Assembly: GCA_021788365.1 (NCBI GenBank)
Contig: JAJYKS010000004.1
Span: 28,284 to 92,283, forward strand
Reading direction: 5' to 3'
Length of the DNA: 64,000 bases
From: a bacterium
Lineage (GTDB): Bacteria; Patescibacteriota; Microgenomatia; UBA1400; UBA12108
Under the pieces are notes generated by a model. That model searched no databases and was not told the origin of the DNA. It worked only from the letters and a program-made list of their open reading frames with translations. Below, piece by piece: positions 29,601-38,526 of the stretch (the stretch's first letter is position 1; each line of letters starts with the position of its first letter). A program made the translations under genes and the position numbers.

Positions 29601-31017
29601 CATACTTCCAATACCAGAAAACTGGGAAGTTACAATGATCCAACTACCAGAAGCAACCACGGAAATAGCAAAACTACGCGATGGACAGCTAACAGTACCA
29701 TTACTTTTTCGCGATATGGTAAGCGGCCATACGGTCTTACAACGACGGAGTGAACTTGGGAAAACAGTTATTTCCACGTTGCCCGCTGGAACCAGAATAT
29801 ACATACGACCAATGGCAACCAAGGTCCGCAATCAAGACAAGAATTTTCTAGAACAAAACTTTCCGTTATATCTAGAAAAGTGTAAAGAACCAATAGCCAA
29901 TTTCGATAAACTCGATCACGAAGCTCGACAGCTCATAACAATTATTAACGAATTGGGATACATGACAAACGAGCAGCGGGCAGAGGCGATAGATGAGTTT
30001 TGGCGTCGGCGGCGTCTTTACGATGACACTGTCAGGATGACCTCAATCGAGGAAATTATCCGAACGGGAAAAGGTACATGCAGTGCCGCTGCGATGGGAG
30101 AATTAGCCCTCATGCGCGAAGCCGGGATCCCCTGTCGCATCAAGCAAAATTACTCCTATAAAACCAAGGGGGCACTCTCACCACCCTACCACGTGACAAT
30201 AGAAATAATGGGCAGCGAAGGAAACTGGATTGAGATAGACCCACCCAATGGTAAAATGTCTCGATATTTTGCATCTCTTGTGGCCGAAAACGCGTGTAAC
30301 GACCGCCTACCCGCGATCCATGGCGTTCGTTCATTGGCTATGTCACAAACAGAACAAATATCCCATACGGGTGTTCCAGAGATAGTCAAGCAATTTATCG
30401 CCCATACAACCCAAGTGGAAGAGGGGGTAAAAATATCAGACACATTAAGGAGTATCTTTACCGCCGTTAGGGAGGGTAGTGAGAAGAGTATGACAAACGT
30501 GGGACCGCAACTAGTTACAGAGCTTTCAAAGCTGATTATTGAATCAAATAAAAATCTAAAGCATTTATCTCAGCCCAGCGACATCCCGCCAGAAGATCTC
30601 GCTTTACTCGGAAAAAATATTGCAACGGAATTACACGAATACATGCGGCTCACGGCATATGCATTACCAGAGGTTCCTCGGGATATTCAGCTTGCAGCTG
30701 GTGCGCGATGGTTTGCTGGCCGCTTAGCCACGCTCCTAATAGGCGAAAAAGCAGATATATATCGCGATCGACTCCCTCAAGTAGGAGCTATCAACAGACC
30801 AAAAAAGACGTTCAATGCCATGAAACAATTACTCACTCGGTATAGCTTCGAGGAAGTCTTGGCGGTTATACATTCAGCAATAAAACACCCAAGTTCGATA
30901 GAAATAATAACTGAAGTATTGCAAAACGAGTCTAGAATACACCAGGCGGAGCGAACCTCATCGGCCATGCGTGTCACACGCGCACTTATTGACGTAGATG
31001 TTGATGATCAATCATAA
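26650..31017 (+). CDS. Large protein with divergent GHKL-ATPase-like N-region, coiled coil and transglutaminase-like domain
   Basis: 1455 aa; GGFGQGLK; GKGTC...REAGIPCR...YHVTIEI...WIEIDP Cys-His-Asp triad. Confidence 0.65.
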   Translation: MVMENTKVEILDKGEPGGLVPNRYRRILHKQMRISPRLRSALAARDDLSNDDANQTVIAKAPPRREIEQPVAQEKVDFVAYTEAALNKGNVPAEILAHMRADKAVIFETANTREIGIGGGFDAVDQMVIADYTQHAARGPYEVAQGMIDNGFLESKSPGWKRPSIEIDKQDSQETFTGEQTFDGAKAIVGRNMGVLRKNSLTVLRRDTELYARKANGRPKMGGFGQGLKIHLCTAVSTPQDRRNVVKVFLREAKWNAWQREDLERYVASPAPSPEHASFAYVQARDPDTNTYYRAYAYREPTMANGVEIWNLKYVFVDIDENNLPEEDKDMVVCAHVNPDTEQISAWNDAPWNILQMNPYYPSEESLVRTDNDARPTAAISRYYAAELAELPEAHDSTWDVEEIDWPEGVVIPRRIFPGIHVEGLRLRVKNDNWDGSAIRTWNINPRGDTTLLKRIHRESDSVHVDGDTKPIFSACVMSRKDLNQWKDLMERVLNAQSETRVSQLLEVQALRDYYLLSSTARQALIDAFHEVAPQAEQSFYSDTTLLAVWRAKTGKDKVAPARVDPALSSTLRKAELTDCDSIARACLTEGTGLSNWHESRIEVHDISTTADNVKRNNKSPGKQIVENILGERGERLFPGVTTYARINADTIEIAISGLVDSRNRPYTTFLEPEKEGNTEYVIKKDASELLSSLGKGGVNTNIFFQSDTPNFGVGVKCLTVKRVGAKTFGVIGESNQSLGQVVPTRGIVIQFKGTSAAIDGLTKDLDGYFTKLNPMVIKHTDAALKIVDEQLRYLKEQCESTKNELETIRRNALGNLADGQTLRPSVRARHAGRQGVGGGARGEYSIEVADTNRSIWLPGASEETIIYTPHDATSWIEGSETRDHAPRIHFRVTEVGGDSGHKLPNNISISTSSNINFDEWGNATGKREESLFRFVGEVNGESVWRTSGARADYFRNRTDAFGALYTSVITFEEPLEIANGDARILPIPENWEVTMIQLPEATTEIAKLRDGQLTVPLLFRDMVSGHTVLQRRSELGKTVISTLPAGTRIYIRPMATKVRNQDKNFLEQNFPLYLEKCKEPIANFDKLDHEARQLITIINELGYMTNEQRAEAIDEFWRRRRLYDDTVRMTSIEEIIRTGKGTCSAAAMGELALMREAGIPCRIKQNYSYKTKGALSPPYHVTIEIMGSEGNWIEIDPPNGKMSRYFASLVAENACNDRLPAIHGVRSLAMSQTEQISHTGVPEIVKQFIAHTTQVEEGVKISDTLRSIFTAVREGSEKSMTNVGPQLVTELSKLIIESNKNLKHLSQPSDIPPEDLALLGKNIATELHEYMRLTAYALPEVPRDIQLAAGARWFAGRLATLLIGEKADIYRDRLPQVGAINRPKKTFNAMKQLLTRYSFEEVLAVIHSAIKHPSSIEIITEVLQNESRIHQAERTSSAMRVTRALIDVDVDDQS

Positions 31018-31034
31018 TCGCCCTTAGGAGGACT

Positions 31035-31868
31035 ATGGTATTGCCGACAGAATCGCTGATCACTGAAGGATCAATTCGTGCGCTTATAAATGACGCGAAC
31101 CCTCTAAAATCCAAGGACTATCAATATCTTTACTTGCCAGAACATGCGGCGGAGTTGGAAAAAATATTCCACAGATCTGCCAATGCGTTTGGAGCGTTCA
31201 ATTCAATCTTACCTTTTGTTTCAATAGACGCCGTCACAAAAGGACTAATGCAATTGCGGGTTGCAAATGAAAATGCCCAAGAGCTAACACGACAAACGAG
31301 CGTAGCTTTAATAGATTTATCACCCCACAACAATATACCAAGCATTTTTTTGACACTTCGTGGGTTTAGAGCAGCCGTACAATTACCAGATAACCGCGTG
31401 CGTACGTATTCCAAAGATGCTACCCACACTCTTTCAATCCAACGGGCAGGTGCAACCATTATCAATGAGCAAGAGAGGCCAGACCTATGGGATGAAAGAA
31501 CAAAATACGACAATTCATTGGTTGTTGTCGTAGACGATGGTGCTGTATTTCCGATGCTAACTCAACCAGACGCGCCAAACAACCCCACCGGTATAACTTT
31601 CCAGTACGGTGTCGACTGGTCAGGATCGAATACTCAAGAAGACACACCACCAACAAGTGGGTTCGTTGAGCTGCCACTGATTACTACAGTACCATTATTG
31701 TCCCAGTTCACACAACGCACAATTAACCATCCCGGAGCATCTATGTTCTCTGGAAGAATGGCAGTGCTGACACGATATCCAACATATGCAATCTCATGCG
31801 AAAAAAGCACAACACTGCAAAAACCTCGGGGAGGAGCTGGAACTGGAAGTGTTGTCCCAGCTCGATAA
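31035..31868 (+). CDS. Hypothetical protein
   Basis: 277-aa ORF, SD aggagg, 17 nt after the large gene. Confidence 0.65.
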   Translation: MVLPTESLITEGSIRALINDANPLKSKDYQYLYLPEHAAELEKIFHRSANAFGAFNSILPFVSIDAVTKGLMQLRVANENAQELTRQTSVALIDLSPHNNIPSIFLTLRGFRAAVQLPDNRVRTYSKDATHTLSIQRAGATIINEQERPDLWDERTKYDNSLVVVVDDGAVFPMLTQPDAPNNPTGITFQYGVDWSGSNTQEDTPPTSGFVELPLITTVPLLSQFTQRTINHPGASMFSGRMAVLTRYPTYAISCEKSTTLQKPRGGAGTGSVVPAR

Positions 31869-31895
31869 TTAGCACTCACTCTTGTGTAGTGCTTA
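31869..31895. promoter_or_regulatory. CIRCE upstream of dnaJ, overlapping the -35 of a TTGTGT-N17-TATAAT promoter
   Basis: TTAGCACTC-N9-TAGTGCTTA; TATAAT at 31905-31910. Confidence 0.88.
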
Positions 31896-31917
31896 GTCTC
31901 TCATTATAATCACCAAT

Positions 31918-32790
31918 ATGGCTACAAAGCGCGACTACTACGAGATACTGGGGGTAAAACGGGAGGCAAGTGAGGCGGAGATCAAATCTGCCTACCGCAA
32001 ACTTGCCTTAAAGTGGCACCCCGATCGCAACAAAGAAGCGGGTGCCGAGGCCAAGTTCAAAGAAATCAACGAGGCCTACGAGGTGCTGGGGAATAAAGAT
32101 AAGCGCGGGAAGTACGACCAATTTGGTCACGCAGCGTTTGACCCTTCCGCCGGCTTCGGTGGCGGCGCGGCCGGTGGCTCGTATCGCTCCGGTCCCTTCA
32201 CCTACACCTATACAACAGGCGGTGGCTTCGAAGACTTGTTCGGCAGCCAGGGCGGTTTTGGCGATCCGTTTGACGTATTCGAGAGTTTCTTCGGCGGCCG
32301 CAGCCCCTTCGGTGGCTCCTATCAGGCCAAGCCTCACTACTCAATAACCATATCGTTTATGGACGCCGTAAAAGGTATAGAAAAGTCCTTTGTCCATCAG
32401 GGAAAAAGTTATACGATCAAGATCCCCGCCGGCGCAGACGATGGTACACGTATCCGCTACAGCGAGTTCGACGTCTCAGTTGCCGTATCCCCCGACAAAG
32501 TTTTCCGTCGCGAGGGAGCTGACGTATTTATCTATCACGAAATTCCGGTGACGCTCGCCATGCTTGGGGGCGACACTACCATCCCGACGTTAGACGGCGA
32601 TCTCAAGATCAAGATCCGTCCTGGCACCCAGCCTTCTACTACTATTCGACTCTCTGGAAAGGGAATAAAGCGGTTGCAAGGGAGCGGTCGTGGCGACTTC
32701 TACATCAAGCTCAAAGTGATGTTACCAGAGAAATTATCTCGCCGCGCCAAAGGACTGGTGGAAGACCTGTCGCGTGAACTCGCGAACTAA
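31918..32790 (+). CDS. dnaJ: DnaJ-family co-chaperone lacking zinc finger (class B)
   Basis: [13 protein letters not shown]-rich linker, C-terminal domains; no CxxCxGxG repeats. Confidence 0.9.
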   Translation: MATKRDYYEILGVKREASEAEIKSAYRKLALKWHPDRNKEAGAEAKFKEINEAYEVLGNKDKRGKYDQFGHAAFDPSAGFGGGAAGGSYRSGPFTYTYTTGGGFEDLFGSQGGFGDPFDVFESFFGGRSPFGGSYQAKPHYSITISFMDAVKGIEKSFVHQGKSYTIKIPAGADDGTRIRYSEFDVSVAVSPDKVFRREGADVFIYHEIPVTLAMLGGDTTIPTLDGDLKIKIRPGTQPSTTIRLSGKGIKRLQGSGRGDFYIKLKVMLPEKLSRRAKGLVEDLSRELAN

Positions 32791-32868
32791 AGATCGATTT
32801 GCTCACATTTTCCGAATGTGTTACAACAAATACAGTTATCTGTTACTGCGGGAACCGCAAGGAGTGGT

Positions 32869-33708
32869 ATGAAGAAAAGTATAGTCGTTGTTGGACTAGC
32901 GCTGGTACTATTTGGGGTAGTGGCTACAGTACAAAGCGTAAAAGCTGATTGGCAGATAGATAGTCATGGCAACTTGGTCGAGATGAAAAATGTTTTAGGT
33001 GACACAGCTGGCGGTCAAGGCGACCAGCAGACACCAGAGCCCACGCAGACTGCAGAACCAAAAGATACTCCAGAGCCCACAGACACACCAGAAGCACAGC
33101 AAATGCAGGAGAAAAACCAAGAACAGAATCAGGTACAGAGTAAATATGAAGTTGAGAACAAAGACGGCAAGCTCGTGGTAAAAACGCACACTGTGGATAA
33201 AAGTGGCAAAGAAGTACAGACAGAAACACAGTTTAAGGCAGGTGAAGCACTACAGGTAGAGGCGCAAACCAATGCCGGCAACCACTTTGCCATAAATACC
33301 GAAGATAACTCTGGTCTCACCGTGACAAACGGCGGCAAGACCGCCCAGTCCACGCTCCCCTTATCGGTAAATGCACAAAACCAACTGGTGGTGACAACAG
33401 CTGCCGGACAAAAAGTAGTGACAGTGCTACCTGACCAAGCGGTAAAGAACCTCCTCTCGTCAGGCGTACTATCGAGTATTACCGAATCGCCGGTGGCGTC
33501 GGCACCAGGCTCCACAAGCTCGGTAGGCCAGCTCTCGGCAGTTGGTAGCACGCCGACCTACACAATTTCAGGGACGAAACAGGTTCGTTTCCTCGGCTTG
33601 TTCCCGGTAACGCTAAACAGGCAGGTGCAGGTTTCGGCGGAGAATGGTACGGTGGTGAATACCGCCCAGTCCGCGATAGCCAACTTCGTAAGCCTCTTCT
33701 CGTTCTAA
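32869..33708 (+). CDS. Secreted hypothetical protein
   Basis: Signal peptide ending VKA-D; TPEPT repeats; C-terminal FLGLFPV. Confidence 0.7.
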   Translation: MKKSIVVVGLALVLFGVVATVQSVKADWQIDSHGNLVEMKNVLGDTAGGQGDQQTPEPTQTAEPKDTPEPTDTPEAQQMQEKNQEQNQVQSKYEVENKDGKLVVKTHTVDKSGKEVQTETQFKAGEALQVEAQTNAGNHFAINTEDNSGLTVTNGGKTAQSTLPLSVNAQNQLVVTTAAGQKVVTVLPDQAVKNLLSSGVLSSITESPVASAPGSTSSVGQLSAVGSTPTYTISGTKQVRFLGLFPVTLNRQVQVSAENGTVVNTAQSAIANFVSLFSF

Positions 33709-33722
33709 GCTAAAATAGCGGT

Positions 33723-34205
33723 ATGGATGATGTCGAGCTGGTTCGTGTCATGTACGAGCGCTACGTGGACGCCATCTACCGCTATTGTTACTGGCAGACG
33801 AATAGAAGCGAAGACGCAGAGGATTTGACGGCCGACATCATGCTGGACATGGCCAAAAACATCCGCAAATTCCGCGGCGAGAGTTCGTTTAAGAACTGGC
33901 TGTACGCCATTGCCAAACATCACCTCATGCACTGGTTGCGGAAAAAATATGAGCTACCCCTACTGCCACTCCTAGACAATGCTGAGTACGGCTCCACTTG
34001 GATCGATCCAGGTGAGCAGGGGGAAGCACGGAAAAAGGTTGTCGCCCTCCTTAAATGCCTTCCTCCTCGTGAGCGGGCAGTACTTGATCTCCGCTATCTC
34101 AAAGGCTACTCGGTAAAAGAAGCAGCCAAGGAGCTTGGTATATCGGAAAGTAATGTCAAAGTAGTGACCCACCGAGCAATAAATAAATTAAGACTCCACA
34201 CTTGA
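33723..34205 (+). CDS. ECF (sigma-70 group IV) RNA polymerase sigma factor
   Basis: DAEDLTAD, FKNWLYAIAK, LPPRERAVLDLRY..GYSVKEAAKELGISESNVKV..HRA. Confidence 0.93.
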   Translation: MDDVELVRVMYERYVDAIYRYCYWQTNRSEDAEDLTADIMLDMAKNIRKFRGESSFKNWLYAIAKHHLMHWLRKKYELPLLPLLDNAEYGSTWIDPGEQGEARKKVVALLKCLPPRERAVLDLRYLKGYSVKEAAKELGISESNVKVVTHRAINKLRLHT

Positions 34206-34282
34206 AAATGAGAAATTGATAATTGGTCATTTCTGCGAAGCAGACTGTAACCCCCTCCCCACTCTATCTGTAGAAAGCCAGT

Positions 34283-34573
34283 ATGTTTAAAGATGTTCAC
34301 ATAAATCAACATTTCCGCTCCGCGCTTGCCGTTCGGGTATCCGCTGCCGCTCGTCCTCGCTGGTTTATCAGGCCGTTGGTCATAGCTCCAACTGCGTTTG
34401 CCTTTTCGCTTCTCGCCTTTGTGGTAGTAAAAAATAGTTCAGTGCCGGCGCATGTCGCGACAACCGTAGATAACGCTGAAATTTCTTGGAACATAGATCA
34501 TGGTGGCAACAACCTCGACGATCCCACGACCCTCGCCGAAGAACAACAACTCTTAAGTATGGTGCAAAATTAG
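34283..34573 (+). CDS. Small bitopic membrane protein, possible anti-sigma factor
   Basis: Single TM, directly downstream of ECF sigma. Confidence 0.5.
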   Translation: MFKDVHINQHFRSALAVRVSAAARPRWFIRPLVIAPTAFAFSLLAFVVVKNSSVPAHVATTVDNAEISWNIDHGGNNLDDPTTLAEEQQLLSMVQN

Positions 34574-34599
34574 TAATAAATAATAGAAGAAAGGAATCT

Positions 34600-35211
34600 A
34601 TGAAAAAGATACTTATCCCAGCCCTGACAACCGTTATGCTCCTCTCGCCCGTCGTCCCGGTATTTGCGATAGACGGTTCTCCCTCTCCGTCAACCGCGCC
34701 CCGAGCGCAGTTTCGACAGTACGTACAGCAGGCAAATCAAACATTCAAGACGGATGTAGAGCAAGCCCGCGAGGAGCGCAAAACCAATATTACAGAGGCG
34801 CGGCTCGGGATGATCGAGGGAATAGCCAAGAAGCACGCCTCCCGACTCCAAAATCAGTTTGCCGTGCACGCCCGCTGGCTGGGGAGCATCGCCACCCGCT
34901 TGCAGGCACGTATAAACACCGTAAAAGGCGAGGGGGTAGACGTAACCGCCATGCAAAACGAGCTAAATGCCGCCGAGGCAGCGATTACAACAGCGACTAC
35001 CGATGGCACGAATGCAGTAAATGCATTTAACGGCATTACCGGGACGACACTCGAAGAAGTCCGCGCTGCCGTGCAAAACGCGATTACGCTCGCACAGCAA
35101 ACCCGAGCTGCATTTAACAATGCTAAACAGCTCCTCGTACAAACGTTCCAGATGGTGCGATCCGCCACTCCTCGCCCCTCCGAAAGTCCAGAGGCAAGTC
35201 CCAGCGTCTAA
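34600..35211 (+). CDS. Secreted helical/coiled-coil protein
   Basis: Signal peptide MKKILI..VFA; Ala-rich helices; SD aagga. Confidence 0.7.
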   Translation: MKKILIPALTTVMLLSPVVPVFAIDGSPSPSTAPRAQFRQYVQQANQTFKTDVEQAREERKTNITEARLGMIEGIAKKHASRLQNQFAVHARWLGSIATRLQARINTVKGEGVDVTAMQNELNAAEAAITTATTDGTNAVNAFNGITGTTLEEVRAAVQNAITLAQQTRAAFNNAKQLLVQTFQMVRSATPRPSESPEASPSV

Positions 35212-35228
35212 GAATATAAAAGGTATCG

Positions 35229-35255
35229 TGGTGGTACAGTAAATCTGTACCACCA
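35229..35255. other. Perfect 11-bp stem-loop in intergenic leader
   Basis: tggtggtacag taaat ctgtaccacca. Confidence 0.7.
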
Positions 35256-35274
35256 ATAGGGGAAGGGAGAGTAT

Positions 35275-35565
35275 ATGAAGAAAAGATTGGTCACCATCGG
35301 AATAATCGCTGCAGCAGGGTTAGTCCTAGGGGGCTGCACGGTGCCAGGTCTTAATAAAATAGAGAATCGTCCTACCTCCACAACGAGTACGTCCACAACA
35401 GTTTCGTCTCCGAGTCCCACAACCTCACCTACCTCCTCAGCAGATCCTTCACTAACAAGTACCCCCAGCTCGGACACGTCTGACCAGGCTATCCAGAACG
35501 ACCTAAACAAGGTTAATACAAACTCAGGGGCCGACTTTTCCGACCTAAACAATCAGGTGCAATAG
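35275..35565 (+). CDS. Ser/Thr-rich lipoprotein
   Basis: Lipobox LGGC. Confidence 0.75.
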   Translation: MKKRLVTIGIIAAAGLVLGGCTVPGLNKIENRPTSTTSTSTTVSSPSPTTSPTSSADPSLTSTPSSDTSDQAIQNDLNKVNTNSGADFSDLNNQVQ

Positions 35566-35627
35566 TAGTTAATCTGGATTTTAGATGGCGCGTGTGCTAC
35601 ACTTGCAGCGTTGTAGTGTGGGGTGGT

Positions 35628-35651
35628 AGAAGGTGGCTCGTCCACCTTTTT
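35628..35651 (+). promoter_or_regulatory. rimP/nusA-leader-like attenuator hairpin
   Basis: agaaggtgg ctcgt ccaccttttt upstream of nusA. Confidence 0.6.
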
Positions 35652-35716
35652 ATGTATATCCACGGACAACGACAATTTGTTATTTAGTTATTGGAATTTA
35701 CTCCGAAGGAGTACGT

Positions 35717-36955
35717 ATGTCACAGATAAAATCTGAGTTCGCCCTAGCCTTAATGGCTATTTGCACCGAGCGTGGTATCGACCCCGCTGTTGTTCTCGAC
35801 TCCATCAAACAAGCGATTGTTGCCGCCCTAAAACGCGACCTCGGGATAGAAGACGACGAGGCTATGGCTGCCTACGAAGTAACGGTAAATCCCGACACTG
35901 GCGCCATCGATATCAAAAAAGACGGCAAAGACGCGACCCCTGCTGGCTTTGGCCGCATCGCCGCTCAGGTCGCCAAGCAAGTCATTATGCAACGTGTTCG
36001 TGAGGCAGAAAAAGACGCCATAATTGCCGACTACACCGACAAACTCGGTACCATGGTGACAGGGATGGTCCTTCGCTTTGACGGACCACACGTTGTAGTT
36101 GACATAGGCCGTGGCCAAGCGATTATGCCCCCGGCTGAGGCGATTGCCAACGAATTTTATCGTCTCAATCAGCGCATTGCTGTTTACATCAAAGAAATTC
36201 GCGAAACGTACAAAGGCAAGGCCATCGTTGTCTCCCGATCCGCTCCCGAACTCGTCAAAGAACTCTTTGCCCGAGAGGTACCAGAAGTAGGTGCTGGCGC
36301 AGTAGAAATAGTGGGACTAGCCCGTGAAGCCGGTCACCGCACCAAACTCGCGGTAAAAAGCACCCAGGACGGGGTAGATCCAGTGGGCAGCTGTGTCGGC
36401 CAGAAAGGCGTTCGCGTCCAGGCTGTCATCAATGAATTAAATGGCGAGAAGATCGACATAATCGAATATTCCGAAGACCCCAAGGAATTTGTCGCCGCAG
36501 CTCTCGCCCCAGCCGAAGGGCTATCGGTAGAAATCGACGACAAGAAGAAAAAGGCCGTGGTGGTAGTGCCGGACGATCAGCTCTCTCTGGCAATTGGCAA
36601 GGGTGGCCAAAACGCACGCCTCGCCGCAAAGCTAACTGGTTACCACATTGATATCAAGGGTGCCGGTGCAGGGAATGTTGCTGTCTCGGTTTCAGGCAAG
36701 GAAGAGTTCGAGATCGACGAGCTGGGCTTGTCTAGCAAGATCCGCAATACACTGCTGGAACTCAAGGTTACTACCGTAGGAGACCTCGAGAGCAAGCTTG
36801 CTGAACTAAAGCCAACCATCCTCGAGCTCGACCCACGTGGGCCAGAGGAAGTCGAGAAGGCGATAGCTCGTTGGCACAAAAAGAAAGACATGGCAAAAGA
36901 AGAGGCAGAGAAACTGGCTCGCTACGAAGCAGAGCGGGCTGCCGAGGGGAAATAA
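35717..36955 (+). CDS. nusA: Transcription elongation factor NusA
   Basis: FGRIAAQVAKQV, AREAGHRTK, LSLAIGKGGQNARLA; SD aagga. Confidence 0.96.
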   Translation: MSQIKSEFALALMAICTERGIDPAVVLDSIKQAIVAALKRDLGIEDDEAMAAYEVTVNPDTGAIDIKKDGKDATPAGFGRIAAQVAKQVIMQRVREAEKDAIIADYTDKLGTMVTGMVLRFDGPHVVVDIGRGQAIMPPAEAIANEFYRLNQRIAVYIKEIRETYKGKAIVVSRSAPELVKELFAREVPEVGAGAVEIVGLAREAGHRTKLAVKSTQDGVDPVGSCVGQKGVRVQAVINELNGEKIDIIEYSEDPKEFVAAALAPAEGLSVEIDDKKKKAVVVVPDDQLSLAIGKGGQNARLAAKLTGYHIDIKGAGAGNVAVSVSGKEEFEIDELGLSSKIRNTLLELKVTTVGDLESKLAELKPTILELDPRGPEEVEKAIARWHKKKDMAKEEAEKLARYEAERAAEGK

Positions 36956-36959
36956 ACGG

Positions 36960-37011
36960 TTCAAGATTTACGATTTTCGATTCAAGATTCATGAATCATA
37001 AATCATAAATC
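36960..37011. repeat. 7-nt periodic inverted element between nusA and infB
   Basis: ttcaaga tttacga ttttcga ttcaaga ttcatga atcataa atcataa atc; same unit as the femX insert. Confidence 0.75.
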
Positions 37012-37030
37012 ACCTAATGAGGGCAGATTT

Positions 37031-38485
37031 ATGAAGCAGAATAATCTAGAATCAACCAAAGCAACAATCGCGCGCCCTCCCATCGTGGCTATTCTTGGTC
37101 ACGTAGACCACGGCAAGACAACACTGCTCGATTTTATCCGTCATGCACATGTTGCTGCGGGCGAAGCTGGGGGTATCACCCAGAAGATCGGTGCATATCA
37201 GGTAGAGTTTCGTGGTAAAAAGTTGACGTTTATTGATACTCCCGGCCATGCTGCATTTGCCAAAATGCGCTCACGTGGCGCATCCGTCGCTGATGTGGCT
37301 GTTCTGGTTGTCTCAGCTGCCGACAGTGTACAGCCCCAGACAATTGAATCCATCCATCACCTGAAAACGGCGGGAATACCCTACGTGGTGGCCATAAACA
37401 AAATTGATCTACCAGGCGCCAATCCAGAACTCGTAAAAGCCGCTTTGACCGAGCACGAAGTGTTTGTTGAAGGGTACGGTGGCAACACACCATTTGTCCT
37501 CATCTCTGGCAAGACTGGGGAGGGCGTTGACACGTTATTGGAGACGATCCAGCTTCTCGCCGAGCTTGAGGAATTGCAGGGTGACGCTGCAGGCGACCTG
37601 GCTGCACCGATCATCGAGGCGAAGCTCGACGTAAAACGGGGCATGCTCGTCTCAGCAATTGTGAAAAACGGCACGCTCCGAGTCGGCGACATGGTCTACG
37701 CCGGTGCCGCCTCCGGCAAAGTTCGCGCCATCCTTTCAGACGCCGGCATCCAAGTCAAAGAGCTTTTACCCGGCGAGCCCGGCCAAATCCTCGGCTTCAC
37801 CACTCTCCCTGCGGTAGGGGAAGTTATCTCTGACAAACTGGTAGACCAACAATCCGACTCGCTGGCGAGCCGACCTACTGATTTACCAATCGCCGTCCCT
37901 GAAAATCGTCTCCCAATTATATTAAAAGCAGACACAGCAGGCTCACTTGAAGCCATAACAAGCAGCCTCACGGGAGAGGTATACCTGGTCCACACAAGTA
38001 CCGGGGATGTGACGGAAAGCGACGTTCTCTTGGCCGCAACCACGCACGCAACGGTCATAGGCTTCAGCGTCAAGGCAGGAAACTCAGTGATAAAACTAGC
38101 CGAGACAGAAGGGGTGGTGGTCAAGACCTACAAAATCATTTACGAGCTCCTCGAGTATCTCGAGAAAAAAGTGCTAAAGCTCATGGCCCCGTCCATAAAC
38201 GAAGAGGAACTTGGGAAGGCAGCGGTTATCAAAGTGTTTGACATTAATGGCGACCACATTGCCGGCTGCCGTATCGAGTCAGGACGCCTGGAAACTGGGG
38301 ATACAATTCACTTGGTTAGAGGTCCCGTAGTAAAAGAAGCGAAGATCCGTACCATCCGGATAGGCAAAGACGAAGTAACAAAGGTTGAAGCGGGTAAAGA
38401 GTGCGGGGTCTTCTTCTCACCCAACCTTGACATCAAGGAAAAAGACTATATAATACCCTATAAGAAAATTACAACTGACGAATAG
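37031..38485 (+). CDS. infB: Translation initiation factor IF-2 (no N-terminal domains)
   Basis: [37 protein letters not shown]. Confidence 0.96.
   Translation: MKQNNLESTKATIARPPIVAILGHVDHGKTTLLDFIRHAHVAAGEAGGITQKIGAYQVEFRGKKLTFIDTPGHAAFAKMRSRGASVADVAVLVVSAADSVQPQTIESIHHLKTAGIPYVVAINKIDLPGANPELVKAALTEHEVFVEGYGGNTPFVLISGKTGEGVDTLLETIQLLAELEELQGDAAGDLAAPIIEAKLDVKRGMLVSAIVKNGTLRVGDMVYAGAASGKVRAILSDAGIQVKELLPGEPGQILGFTTLPAVGEVISDKLVDQQSDSLASRPTDLPIAVPENRLPIILKADTAGSLEAITSSLTGEVYLVHTSTGDVTESDVLLAATTHATVIGFSVKAGNSVIKLAETEGVVVKTYKIIYELLEYLEKKVLKLMAPSINEEELGKAAVIKVFDINGDHIAGCRIESGRLETGDTIHLVRGPVVKEAKIRTIRIGKDEVTKVEAGKECGVFFSPNLDIKEKDYIIPYKKITTDE
37830..37887 (+). repeat. 8-nt periodic element in-frame in infB
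   Basis: Encodes [18 protein letters not shown]; homologous to the tpiA insert. Confidence 0.6.
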
Positions 38486-38526
38486 TCCCGTGTACGCGCT
38501 GTACGTGTACACGAGCACACGTACAT

